The notes under the pieces are model-generated. The model saw only the letters and a program-made list of their open reading frames with translations, was not told the origin of the DNA and did no database searches. Source: Candidatus Saccharimonadales bacterium (lineage in GTDB: Bacteria > Patescibacteriota > Saccharimonadia > Saccharimonadales > 2-12-FULL-41-12). From it: a stretch of 64,000 bases of DNA. A program made the position numbers and the translations under genes. Below are positions 28,735 to 38,051 of the stretch, piece after piece; position 1 is the first letter of the stretch; each line of letters opens with the position of its first letter. The stretch is taken from assembly GCA_041600715.1 (NCBI GenBank), contig JBFIJM010000001.1, positions 64,387 to 128,386 on the forward strand. The letters are read 5' to 3'.

Positions 28735-29403
28735 GTGGCTTTAGATGATAATTATCAAGAGGGGAATCAGTTCGATAGCGGTGCTGTAGCGCTAGTCCGT
28801 GAACTAAAACTTTCCTTGCATACAATCGCTCTTCAGGCAGAAGTCGAATCGTCTAATATAAGATTACTAGCAATGCAATCTATGCGACTTATAGATAGTT
28901 ATATTGCATCATCAAGTTCGGCTCACGGACAACAATCTCTGGTCTTATCGCCATTGGCTATTGGCTCGGTAATGCATACTGCTGTAGATCAATTAAGAGA
29001 AACTTCTGGGCTAAGAATAGAAATGGAAGCTAAGGCACATGTACCAGTAATGACAAACGCAAGAGCCTTGGCTAATTTGCTCGAAACAACTGGTAACGCA
29101 ATGGCAGATATAACCTCAGATAAATTGTTGTTCCGTAGCTTTGTTACTTCAAAAGGCGATGTAGGGGTCGGAGTATTTGCCAAAAATATAGACATTTCAT
29201 CGGTTGAGTTACGCTCTGCGATTAGTTCTGTAGGGAATGCACAAATGCCATTAGCTCGTCATAGCGAACGGAGCGGAGTCATGCTTTTGATTGCCGACAG
29301 TTTAGCAAAAGCTCTTGGGGGTGCATTAGAAGTTAAGCGAATGGGTAAGTGGTGCGGGTTCACTACTGTTTTACCTAGGAGCGAACAACTTGCCTTGATG
29401 TAA
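28735..29403 (+). CDS. degenerate histidine-kinase-like protein (pseudokinase candidate)
   Basis: GTG start. VRELKLSLHTI aligns to the H-box with Arg where the phospho-His sits. N-box-like LLETTGNAM, G1-like DVGVG, degenerate G2 (SGVMLLIADSLAKALGG). Confidence 0.5.
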   Translation: MALDDNYQEGNQFDSGAVALVRELKLSLHTIALQAEVESSNIRLLAMQSMRLIDSYIASSSSAHGQQSLVLSPLAIGSVMHTAVDQLRETSGLRIEMEAKAHVPVMTNARALANLLETTGNAMADITSDKLLFRSFVTSKGDVGVGVFAKNIDISSVELRSAISSVGNAQMPLARHSERSGVMLLIADSLAKALGGALEVKRMGKWCGFTTVLPRSEQLALM

Positions 29404-29416
29404 GTTATTTACGTAT

Positions 29417-29788
29417 ATGCCTCGTATTCTACTGCTTGAACCAGACTCTCAGTCAGCTCGTCTTGTGCGTCAATATATAGAAAATGGTACATATACTGTT
29501 GATTTTGCACATTCTTCCCAGGAAGCACTCCACTGCGCTGATGGCAATAAACCTGATCTTGTTATTCTGGAGTTGGCTATACGTGACCATAATGGTTTTG
29601 CATTTCTTCACGAATTTAGGTCGTATAATGATTGGGCAAAAATCCCCGTAATAATCTTCTCCCACATAGATGTAAGCGAAGCCTCTATGTCAGAAAGTTG
29701 GAAATCACTTGGCGCAAAATATTATTTTTATAAGCCGACAACAACACTTGCAGAACTCAAAAAAGCAATCGATGATGTGCTTCTATGA
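29417..29788 (+). CDS. receiver-domain protein with Glu replacing the phospho-acceptor Asp (pseudo-receiver)
   Basis: LLLEPD instead of the DD pocket, DLVILELAIRDHNG (D->E), IIFSH, YFYKPT (Lys retained). Confidence 0.65.
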   Translation: MPRILLLEPDSQSARLVRQYIENGTYTVDFAHSSQEALHCADGNKPDLVILELAIRDHNGFAFLHEFRSYNDWAKIPVIIFSHIDVSEASMSESWKSLGAKYYFYKPTTTLAELKKAIDDVLL

Positions 29789-30465
29789 AAAAATACGTTG
29801 ATCGAGCAATAGTATTGAGCCGGATTAATTACGGCGAACGTGATCGTGTAATTACAGTTCTTGGCAAGAATCATGGCAAGATAGCTCTGTTTGCAAAAGC
29901 TGTTAGGTCGGAAAAAAGCAGACTAGCTGGAGGAGTAGAGTTGTTGAGTGTGAGCGAGCTGACTTTTATAGACGGTAAAAGTAACCTCAAGACTTTGAGC
30001 GGGTCACGTTTACTGGTTCACTATGAGAAAATTATGACTGATTATGATCGTATGCAACTTGCATTCGAGATTCTTAAAACTATATCTAAGCTAGCAGAGG
30101 ATGGCACCGGGCAAGAATATTATCCTGTTTTAGAAACATTTTTATCTTCTCTAAATAACTTAGATGTTGATCACAATATAGCCGAACTTTGGTGTAACTT
30201 AAGATTACTTAGTCTTGGGGGTACACTGCCACAGATGGAAGTGTTAAATGCAGAAAACGCAGTAGAAAAATTATTTAACTTCGACCAAGATGATCAACAA
30301 TTTTCTTATCACCCAGATGGTCAGTTTAGTGTAAATGACTTAAAGCTTATAAAACTTTTAGTACGTAGTTCTGCGCCTATAAAACTGTCTAAACCAATCG
30401 GCACAGAACAATCATTGGCACGATTTTCTAGATTACTTCTTAAAACAAATCTATCTGAGGTATAA
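29785..30465 (+). CDS. recO: DNA repair protein RecO
   Basis: N-terminal OB pattern AIVLSRINYGERDRVITVLGKNHGKIALFAKAVRS; ATGA overlap with the upstream gene. Confidence 0.8.
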   Translation: MKKYVDRAIVLSRINYGERDRVITVLGKNHGKIALFAKAVRSEKSRLAGGVELLSVSELTFIDGKSNLKTLSGSRLLVHYEKIMTDYDRMQLAFEILKTISKLAEDGTGQEYYPVLETFLSSLNNLDVDHNIAELWCNLRLLSLGGTLPQMEVLNAENAVEKLFNFDQDDQQFSYHPDGQFSVNDLKLIKLLVRSSAPIKLSKPIGTEQSLARFSRLLLKTNLSEV

Positions 30466-30563
30466 CTCTGTAGTAGACTTTCCAGATGTTGCATCAATGT
30501 GCAGGTCTATTTGCTAGAGCAAATAGACTGAAAAGCTCACTACGGGGTATAATAGGCAACAAT

Positions 30564-31871
30564 ATGAGTAAAGAAGTTTCAATGGAAGATATTGTTAGTT
30601 TGTGCAAGCGCCGCGGGTTTATTTATCAGGGGTCCGAAATTTATGGTGGCTTATCGGGCACCTGGGACTACGGCCCGCTTGGCGTTGAGCTAAAACGCAA
30701 CATTATGAATCTTTGGTGGAAAATGTTCGTTGAAGATCGTGATGAAATGTTCGGTGTTGATGCGGCAATTCTCATGAACCAAAAAGTTTGGCAGGCAAGT
30801 GGCCACGTCGATACTTTCACGGATCCTATGGTCGTATGCAATAAATGCGGGAAAAGCTACAGGGAAGACCACCTAGACTACACGAAACCATGCCTCAACT
30901 GCAGTGCAAAAGATTCTTATGGTCAGCCAAGACAATTTAATATGATGTTTAAAACAAACGTAGGGCCTGTCGGTGACGAGTCGAGCATTAGTTATCTGCG
31001 ACCTGAAACAGCTCAGGGTATTTTTACTAATTTTAAAAACGTAGTTGATAGCTTTAGTCCAAATATGCCATTTGGTATTGCACAACAGGGCAAGGCTTTT
31101 CGCAACGAGATTAGCCCTCGTGATTTTGTGTTTCGCTCAAGAGAGTTTGAGCAGATGGAGATCGAGTACTTCGTGCACCCGGATAATTGGGAAGAATCGT
31201 TTGAGTTATGGAGGCAACTTGTTTGGGAATGGTGTGGAGCTATTGGTTTGCCTGCAGACAGTGTTCATGAGCTAGAGGTTCCCGAAGACGACAGGGCACA
31301 CTACAGTAAAAGAACCATCGATTTTGAATTTGATTTTCCAATCGGCCGTGAAGAACTGCTTGGGTTAGCATATCGAACTGATTTTGATCTAAAAAACATC
31401 GAGCGTGCTTCTGGAAAAAATGTGGATTATAGACCAAAAGACGGTACCGAGCCATTTGTACCGCATGTGATAGAACCAAGTTTTGGGTTGGAGCGAGCCA
31501 TTATGGCCGTACTAACATCTGCCTACACAATCGATGAAGTTAATGGAGAAAAAAGAACCTATCTGCAGTTGCCACAAAGCTTGGCTCCAGTAAAAGTTGC
31601 TGTTTCGCCGCTACTGAAGAACAAACCAGAGCTAGTCGATAAAGCTCGCGAAGTTTACGCCAGTCTCAAAAAGGAATTTGGCAATGTCATGTGGGACGAC
31701 AACGGTAACATCGGCAAGCGCTACCGCAGACAAGACGAGATAGGTACGCCGTATTGTGTGGTGATCGACTTCGATACCTTGGAAGACAACGCAGTTACCG
31801 TCCGCAACCGAGACACCACCAAGCAAGAGCGAGTAAGCATAGCTGACCTGGTTGGTGCAATTAGTGCGTAG
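30564..31871 (+). CDS. glyQS: glycine--tRNA ligase (dimeric GlyQS type)
   Basis: CKRRGFIYQGSEIYGGLSGTWDYGPLG, FRNEISPRDFVFRSREFEQMEIEYF. Start at ATG 30564, 10 nt after TATAAT 30548-30553. Confidence 0.93.
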   Translation: MSKEVSMEDIVSLCKRRGFIYQGSEIYGGLSGTWDYGPLGVELKRNIMNLWWKMFVEDRDEMFGVDAAILMNQKVWQASGHVDTFTDPMVVCNKCGKSYREDHLDYTKPCLNCSAKDSYGQPRQFNMMFKTNVGPVGDESSISYLRPETAQGIFTNFKNVVDSFSPNMPFGIAQQGKAFRNEISPRDFVFRSREFEQMEIEYFVHPDNWEESFELWRQLVWEWCGAIGLPADSVHELEVPEDDRAHYSKRTIDFEFDFPIGREELLGLAYRTDFDLKNIERASGKNVDYRPKDGTEPFVPHVIEPSFGLERAIMAVLTSAYTIDEVNGEKRTYLQLPQSLAPVKVAVSPLLKNKPELVDKAREVYASLKKEFGNVMWDDNGNIGKRYRRQDEIGTPYCVVIDFDTLEDNAVTVRNRDTTKQERVSIADLVGAISA

Positions 31872-31874
31872 TAG

Positions 31875-32537
31875 ATGAAGAGTATTAAGACAGTAATATG
31901 GGATTTAGATGGGACACTGCTTGATAGTTTTGGTCTATTCTGCGAAATTATCTGTGACATTCTAGAAAGGCGTGGTATATCAGCCCCAGATAGGGATTTT
32001 ATAGCACATCACTATCATGGTAGTTTGGAGGATAGTATCTCAGGTATTGTCTCAGGATCTCAAGCCCTTAAAGATGAGATTATAAAAGATTTTTTGCTTG
32101 AGCAGAACGACCATTATAAATCTGTTGAGCATCAGCTGTATCCAGACGCACTGCAACTGGTAAAAGAATTCTACAATCAGGGAAAAAGGCAGATTATTGT
32201 AAGCAATAGAGCACACACAGGACGAAACAGCGCTAGCCCAAGGGCAATTGTTACTAATTCTTCACTCGCGAGTTACATTGGTCTTGTTTTATGTGGGGAT
32301 GATTCAGACTACAGAAAGCCGGACTCTAGAGTACTGAGTAAGTCTAATATAATGGCATCCTCAAACAATGTGTTGGTCATAGGTGATCAATTTGTAGATG
32401 TTGAATTCGCACATAATATAGGTGCTGATTGTATTATCGTGAGAAGGGATGGTAGTCCCATACCTCACTTAGAGCAGTTGTCAGATCATGTTCACGAGAA
32501 TATTCTAAAAGTAGATAGTCTTGATGACGTCTTATGA
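31875..32537 (+). CDS. HAD-superfamily hydrolase (phosphoglycolate-phosphatase-like)
   Basis: VIWDLDGTLLDS motif I, VSNR motif II, GDQFVD motif IV. Confidence 0.8.
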   Translation: MKSIKTVIWDLDGTLLDSFGLFCEIICDILERRGISAPDRDFIAHHYHGSLEDSISGIVSGSQALKDEIIKDFLLEQNDHYKSVEHQLYPDALQLVKEFYNQGKRQIIVSNRAHTGRNSASPRAIVTNSSLASYIGLVLCGDDSDYRKPDSRVLSKSNIMASSNNVLVIGDQFVDVEFAHNIGADCIIVRRDGSPIPHLEQLSDHVHENILKVDSLDDVL

Positions 32538-32579
32538 AGTTTAGTCTCTAGGTGATATTATAGTCACATACATTTCCGG

Positions 32580-33158
32580 GTGGAAAAAAGATTTACTACA
32601 AGAATGCTTCGAGCAGAACAATACCGATCAAAACCAGTTCCAGAACAACTTTTCCGTCTTGCGAGTGTGGTTATTTGTCTCGCAGGACAACAGGGTAAGA
32701 TTATACAAAGTAAAAGGGCTAATAACGCGCATATTTTTCTGCCCAATGAGATAGAGACTGATATAATCCGCGAGCAAGAATGCGCTCGCATTAATCAGAA
32801 GATAATCGGAAGAATAGCTAGGACAGGATATCGACAGTGGAGTATGCGTCTCGCTGAACCATACTGGGTTAGTGCCGATCAAAAGGACGATGATGGCTAC
32901 AGAGTAACCTATGCCTTTGAGTGGAACCAAAAAGAAGCTGTTACAGCACGAAAGCATATGAAGACCAAGGTTTGTGATGATATCGAAGATTATGAGTCTG
33001 TTTTGATGCCTGTTTTGGATGTAGATATGCTTCAACCTGACTTTCTGCACGCACAACTCCAGTGCGAATTGGTATCTTACGGGGACTGTGATCAGCTTAT
33101 TTCAAAAGCACAAGAGTTTAGCCAGACATCGCAAACAAGCAAAAGATACAATAGATGA
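32580..33158 (+). CDS. hypothetical protein (192 aa)
   Basis: Long ORF (GTG start, or ATG 32604); no motif recognised. Confidence 0.45.
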   Translation: MEKRFTTRMLRAEQYRSKPVPEQLFRLASVVICLAGQQGKIIQSKRANNAHIFLPNEIETDIIREQECARINQKIIGRIARTGYRQWSMRLAEPYWVSADQKDDDGYRVTYAFEWNQKEAVTARKHMKTKVCDDIEDYESVLMPVLDVDMLQPDFLHAQLQCELVSYGDCDQLISKAQEFSQTSQTSKRYNR

Positions 33159-33236
33159 TTCATGTATGCGTACAACATTCGATGCCTGAGGTATAGACTG
33201 TTTTATTACAGGGTAATGTGGCGTATTATTCAATAA

Positions 33237-34205
33237 ATGACTAAATTTTATGAACAATCCAAAGGCCCACTTGATATTGCAAGACAAACCGTTGAGAATG
33301 CTATCGATTTTGACATCCTGCTAAATGATCGCTTAGCCTCGGTAGAAAATTTTGACGACATTGTCAAACTCGTACTTAACGAAGTCGCCGAGCTAGATTC
33401 GGGAATGCCATTTTTGCACGAAAGAGTTGATGTTACTGGCATACCTACCACTATTGCAATGGGTGAAGACGGCTTTGATTCCTATGTATTCACCGAGAAT
33501 ATTTCTACCCCCAACACAGAACAAGGCGAGTATAGGGGCTATTTCATCAGGAGAATAACAGACATTGATGAGGATGAAGGTGCGATCTTTAGACTGGTCC
33601 ACGGTATTGAGGTAGACGATGTTAGGTTTACTGACGATTTCGGCAATAATCACCATCTTGTTAATATGCATTATTATCCTGTGTTTGAAACTGGTTCAGA
33701 TCCTCTACGCCCACTAATGCCAATCAATGCTCATAGTATGGTTGATTTAAAAAACGACCCAGCACTGGAACGAATAAATAATATCGTCTACACAGATGTA
33801 TTTGATAACAGGACTCAAAAAATAAGAGCTCTAGGAAAATTCATGAGAAAAGCCATGATACAAATTGAAGTGGGGAATAATAGCCTGGAAAACATAAACC
33901 ACCAAAGATTGAGCTACCTTAACTCCATCCCAGTTTTTAATAAGGATGAAAAAGTAGCAACCAGTAACTTCATTTTTGAGAGCAATTTGGCCAAAGCCGA
34001 AGATCATGAAGTAGACGTCAGTATAGAAAAAAGTTTGGGTACGGTCAGGATAGAACCGAGAATGCTGGTTAGTGCTAGGAAATATTTTGTTGAGCGATCA
34101 GGATATGCTCATTTTAGTTCTAGCCAGGATATTTATCTCAATGGAGAAACAGACACGGGACAGAGCATATATTGCCCTCTAAAATCTGCAGTTGTGGTCC
34201 GGTGA
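33237..34205 (+). CDS. hypothetical protein (322 aa)
   Basis: Long ORF; no motif recognised. Confidence 0.5.
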   Translation: MTKFYEQSKGPLDIARQTVENAIDFDILLNDRLASVENFDDIVKLVLNEVAELDSGMPFLHERVDVTGIPTTIAMGEDGFDSYVFTENISTPNTEQGEYRGYFIRRITDIDEDEGAIFRLVHGIEVDDVRFTDDFGNNHHLVNMHYYPVFETGSDPLRPLMPINAHSMVDLKNDPALERINNIVYTDVFDNRTQKIRALGKFMRKAMIQIEVGNNSLENINHQRLSYLNSIPVFNKDEKVATSNFIFESNLAKAEDHEVDVSIEKSLGTVRIEPRMLVSARKYFVERSGYAHFSSSQDIYLNGETDTGQSIYCPLKSAVVVR

Positions 34206-34299
34206 TGCCCAGAGAAGATAATTACCATTTTAATGGGCATAGCGCATAATCCTGATTACATATCGGTGACTGAGACCCAGTAGTCTATAATTAGAGGTC

Positions 34300-35808
34300 A
34301 TGAATCAAGCTTTGGCGCTAGAAATATTGCTGGACGGACACAGCGCTATGCTGACAGGACCAGCGGGATCAGGTAAAACATATGTTTTAAACCAGTTTAT
34401 AAGACATGCCAAAAAAGAAGGTAAGACCGTAGCCGTCACTGCTACTACTGGTTTAGCTGCGACCCATCTTGGAGGCAATACTATTCATTCCTGGAGTGGT
34501 ATAGGTATCCATGACAGTTTGCCAAAATATTTTATGGATGATCTGAGAAAGGGTCGTCGTGAAACTATTGAAAAAACTGACGTGCTTATTATTGACGAGA
34601 TATCAATGCTACACGACTTTCGGCTTGACCTTGTTGACGAAGCACTCAGACAAGTCAGGGGCGATAGCCAGCCATTTGGGGGTATCCAATTAATAATGTG
34701 TGGTGATTTCTTTCAACTACCCCCGATTAATCGTAGCGGATCATTGCATGGAACTTTTGTAGTAAACTCGAATGCTTGGAATGAACTGGACCCGGTAGTG
34801 TGCTACCTCGCAGAACAACATCGTCAGAGTGATGAGACTTTCCTGGAGATTCTGACCGCACTTAGAAACGGAGACATCAGACGGGGCCATGCTGAGACCT
34901 TAATCTCCAGACAGAATCATGATGTGGGTGACGCTACAGAACTTCACGTCACAAACGTAGATGTTGATACTATAAATCACAGAAAGTTAGCAGAGCTACC
35001 CGGAGACGAGCACCGCTACGTTATGACTAGTACGGGCAAATCATCGTATGTTGATGGTCTTAAGAAATCTTGTCTGGCAAGCGAAGAATTAATTCTTAAA
35101 AAAGATGCCTTAGTTATGTGCATAAAGAACAATCCAGAAAAAAAATATGTTAACGGCTCTCTAGGCAGGGTAGTCGGATTCGAACCCCTGACAGATTATC
35201 CTATTGTGCAGTTAAAAAATGGCAGGACTGTTACAGTCACTCCTGAAGCATGGGAGCTTCGTGATGGAGATAAAAAACGAGCCTCACTTAGCCAAATACC
35301 TTTACGTCTAGCATGGGCAATAACAGTTCATAAAAGCCAGGGTATGACACTGGACTCAGCAAAGATTGACTTAAGGAGAGCATTCGTTGAAGGCATGGGC
35401 TATGTTGCACTATCACGGGTAAGAGGGCTGGATACATTGAGCCTGGTGGGGATTAATCAAATGGCCCTAAAAGTAAGTTCAGACGCACTAGCCATAGACG
35501 AAGCCCTTCGTAGCAAGTCGGCACGGGATTCAAAACGGTTCAGGCATTTAGAGGTAAAGTCGCAGACTAGGGCTAAAGCTAAACCCGAAAAGCCAAAAAC
35601 CGAATGGAAAGAAAAAGTCAGTAAAATGCGCGAAACATATCCTAATGCTTTCAAGCCGTGGGCAGATTCAGATGACAGTAAGCTGGTTAAACTTTTCTCT
35701 TCAAAAAAGAAGGTAGATATTGATGAACTAACCAAAACATTTGGACGACACCCTGGTAGCATCCGCGCCCGCCTAAAAAAACACTTCGGAGATGATGCGG
35801 TAGTATAA
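34300..35808 (+). CDS. PIF1/RecD-family SF1B DNA helicase with basic C-terminal extension
   Basis: GPAGSGKTY Walker A, IIDEISM Walker B, TVHKSQGMT; TATAAT 34286-34291 lies 8 nt before the ATG. Confidence 0.85.
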   Translation: MNQALALEILLDGHSAMLTGPAGSGKTYVLNQFIRHAKKEGKTVAVTATTGLAATHLGGNTIHSWSGIGIHDSLPKYFMDDLRKGRRETIEKTDVLIIDEISMLHDFRLDLVDEALRQVRGDSQPFGGIQLIMCGDFFQLPPINRSGSLHGTFVVNSNAWNELDPVVCYLAEQHRQSDETFLEILTALRNGDIRRGHAETLISRQNHDVGDATELHVTNVDVDTINHRKLAELPGDEHRYVMTSTGKSSYVDGLKKSCLASEELILKKDALVMCIKNNPEKKYVNGSLGRVVGFEPLTDYPIVQLKNGRTVTVTPEAWELRDGDKKRASLSQIPLRLAWAITVHKSQGMTLDSAKIDLRRAFVEGMGYVALSRVRGLDTLSLVGINQMALKVSSDALAIDEALRSKSARDSKRFRHLEVKSQTRAKAKPEKPKTEWKEKVSKMRETYPNAFKPWADSDDSKLVKLFSSKKKVDIDELTKTFGRHPGSIRARLKKHFGDDAVV

Positions 35809-35816
35809 TTATTTAT

Positions 35817-36065
35817 ATGAGAGAGCATGCTTCAACAAGGAGCGAAAAGAAGAAGACCTCTGAGAGGTTGATGAAATTTGGTCGTGATTTTAATTTGGTG
35901 GTGGGTGGTGTTGCTTTGCTGGGATCTGCCATCGCTCCACCAGTCGCGTCTTTAGCTCTAGGTGGATATGCAGGGTTTCAGTTCGTTCAAGCGGTGGGGT
36001 TTGAGGCCGGTCGTCGTCACGTCAAAAAAAGAAATAATAAAAAACAAGATCACAAACGGGGGTAG
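35817..36065 (+). CDS. small hypothetical membrane protein (82 aa)
   Basis: Central hydrophobic stretch LVVGGVALLGSAIAPPVASLALGGYAGF flanked by basic tails. Confidence 0.4.
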   Translation: MREHASTRSEKKKTSERLMKFGRDFNLVVGGVALLGSAIAPPVASLALGGYAGFQFVQAVGFEAGRRHVKKRNNKKQDHKRG

Positions 36066-36120
36066 CTTTTATAATAATCGTAGTTAATTTATCATATAGA
36101 CAGCTTAGCGGAGTAGCGAT

Positions 36121-36528
36121 ATGGCTTTTAGGCAAGAGATCACAAGACATAGAAAGAAGATTGACGAATGTGATGCTCATATTGTGCAGGCACATGGACA
36201 GTTGATTACAAGCGTATCTAAAAATCCGTTAATATTAAAAACCCCAGTGGCGCAGATCCTTATGCTAAGTGTGTGCTTAAATATGGCTAAACGATTCACC
36301 GTGACAGACAAAGTCGGTCATATAAAATTAAAGTACGGCATACCTTCTGTAATACAACCAGAAAGGGAGCAACAGGTATATGACAATGTGGTAGAGCTCA
36401 ACTCAGAGTTTGAACCACTGGTAGGAAGTGATCTGGTTCTGGGCGTTTGGAAATCTATTCACACAGAGAGTGTAAGAAGGCAAGAAGAGCAAAAATTGTC
36501 TGCCCAGACTGATTCCAAAGTCGCTTAA
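36121..36528 (+). CDS. hypothetical; weak AroQ-type chorismate-mutase-like pattern
   Basis: RKKIDECDAHIV and IQPEREQQVYDNV...VWKSIHTESVRRQ resemble CM type II helices. Weak, by eye only. Confidence 0.3.
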   Translation: MAFRQEITRHRKKIDECDAHIVQAHGQLITSVSKNPLILKTPVAQILMLSVCLNMAKRFTVTDKVGHIKLKYGIPSVIQPEREQQVYDNVVELNSEFEPLVGSDLVLGVWKSIHTESVRRQEEQKLSAQTDSKVA

Positions 36529-36556
36529 GACTGTGCTTGTGCTATCATGATCTGTA

Positions 36557-37831
36557 ATGGATCGACGTCATACAAATTTTCCTAAACACTTCTTCTGGGG
36601 AGCCAGTACAGCCTCTCATCAAGTAGAGGGCAATAATCATAATCAATGGACGGTGTGGGAGCTTCAACATGCGAAAGAGCTCGCCCAGACCGCACATCAG
36701 CGTATGAGCTGGCTACCTGCATGGGAGGATATTAAAGATCAAGCAGAAGAGCCGGATAATTACATATCTGGCAATGCAGTAGACCATTATAATCGCTATC
36801 AAGAAGATTTCGACATTGCAAAAGGCCTGAATCTGAATGCATTTAGATTTACCATTGAGTGGTCGCGCATAGAGCCAGAAGAAGGAAAATGGAACGAAAA
36901 AGAGATAGCACACTACAAACGATACATTAAGGAATTGCGTAAACGTAAAATAGAGCCCTTCCTGACTCTATGGCATTGGACAGTACCCGTATGGTTTGCT
37001 GAAAAAGGCGGGTTTGAAAATAAAGAAAACCTTCAATATTTTGATAGATTCGTGCAGAAAGTAGCCGACGAACTTATAGAGGAAGTAGAATATGTGATTA
37101 CGCTAAACGAGCCTAACGTAAATACTAGCTTTGCATACCTGCTGGGTCTTCATCCTCCAGCAAAACGTAGCATAGTAAACTTCCTGAAGTCGTACTGGAA
37201 TTTATCTCGTGCCCATAATAGAGCATATAAAATCCTAAAAACCGCAAAACCCGCTCTTCAAGTGGGTATGAGCTCTCAGCTAGCAAATATACAACCTAAG
37301 CGCCCTCATAACTGGCCTGATCTCATTACTACACAATGGATGCGCTATTTCTGGAACTGGTGGTTTTTGAGGCGTGTACGTAGGTGCCAGGATTTTATTG
37401 GTCTTAATTATTACTTTACCGATTATTACACTGGAATTGGTAAGCGCCATAACCCCAAAGTACCTCTTAATGACATGGGGTGGTATATGGAACCTGAGGG
37501 AATATATCCATTGTTGATCCGTGTTTGGGCGCGGTTCAAAAAGCCAATATTTATCACAGAAAATGGTTTGGCTGATGAGCACGACCAACACCGTAGATGG
37601 TGGATAGAACAGACTTTGGTAGCAATGGAGCGAGCAATAAGTGAAGACGTAGATATCCGAGGTTATTTCCATTGGAGTCTTCTTGATAATTTTGAGTGGC
37701 AAGATGGTTGGTGGCCGAAGTTTGGATTAGTAGAAGTTGATAGAAAGACTATGAAGAGAACCTTACGTCCGAGCGCAAAATGGTACGGCGAACTTCTCGA
37801 TGATCTGAACCATCCTCACAAAAAAGACTAA
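36557..37831 (+). CDS. glycoside hydrolase family 1 (beta-glucosidase-like)
   Basis: TLNEPN acid/base Glu and ITENG nucleophile Glu; FRFTIEWSRIEP. Confidence 0.9.
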   Translation: MDRRHTNFPKHFFWGASTASHQVEGNNHNQWTVWELQHAKELAQTAHQRMSWLPAWEDIKDQAEEPDNYISGNAVDHYNRYQEDFDIAKGLNLNAFRFTIEWSRIEPEEGKWNEKEIAHYKRYIKELRKRKIEPFLTLWHWTVPVWFAEKGGFENKENLQYFDRFVQKVADELIEEVEYVITLNEPNVNTSFAYLLGLHPPAKRSIVNFLKSYWNLSRAHNRAYKILKTAKPALQVGMSSQLANIQPKRPHNWPDLITTQWMRYFWNWWFLRRVRRCQDFIGLNYYFTDYYTGIGKRHNPKVPLNDMGWYMEPEGIYPLLIRVWARFKKPIFITENGLADEHDQHRRWWIEQTLVAMERAISEDVDIRGYFHWSLLDNFEWQDGWWPKFGLVEVDRKTMKRTLRPSAKWYGELLDDLNHPHKKD

Positions 37832-37861
37832 TTTGTTAAATAGCGCATGTCTAGCACAGGA

Positions 37862-37889
37862 TACGCTACATGTAGCGTACTAAGTTTTT
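37862..37889 (+). terminator. candidate intrinsic terminator after the GH1 gene
   Basis: 18-nt perfect palindrome TACGCTACATGTAGCGTA (37862-37879) followed 5 nt later by TTTTT. Confidence 0.45.
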
Positions 37890-37890
37890 C

Positions 37891-37980
37891 TGTGGATAAC
37901 TTGTGGCATTTTGTGGGTTTTATAGTAAAAATACGCTTGTATGTGGGGGATAGTGGGTAGTAAACTGTTGTTAGTGGGTA
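37891..37980 (+). promoter_or_regulatory. array of phased GTGG(G) direct repeats upstream of mraZ (candidate MraZ operator)
   Basis: GTGG at 37892, 37903, 37913, 37943, 37953 and 37974 (spacings 11, 10, 30, 10, 21 nt, same strand); TAGTGGGTA repeated exactly. Confidence 0.55.
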
Positions 37981-38051
37981 CGCGTAGGTAGACCAAAACA
38001 GTCATCCAACCGCCAAAAAATAAAAACCACTAGTAAATTAACTACACACCA

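Noticed and set aside
37891-37899. Perfect DnaA-box complement TGTGGATAA upstream of mraZ, a TTTTCCACA-type box at 46541-46549, and the possibility of an oriC.
   Set aside because: These are isolated boxes. There is no cluster of consensus boxes, no adjacent dnaA/dnaN and no obvious AT-rich unwinding repeat set. The first box is better explained as part of the phased MraZ repeat array.
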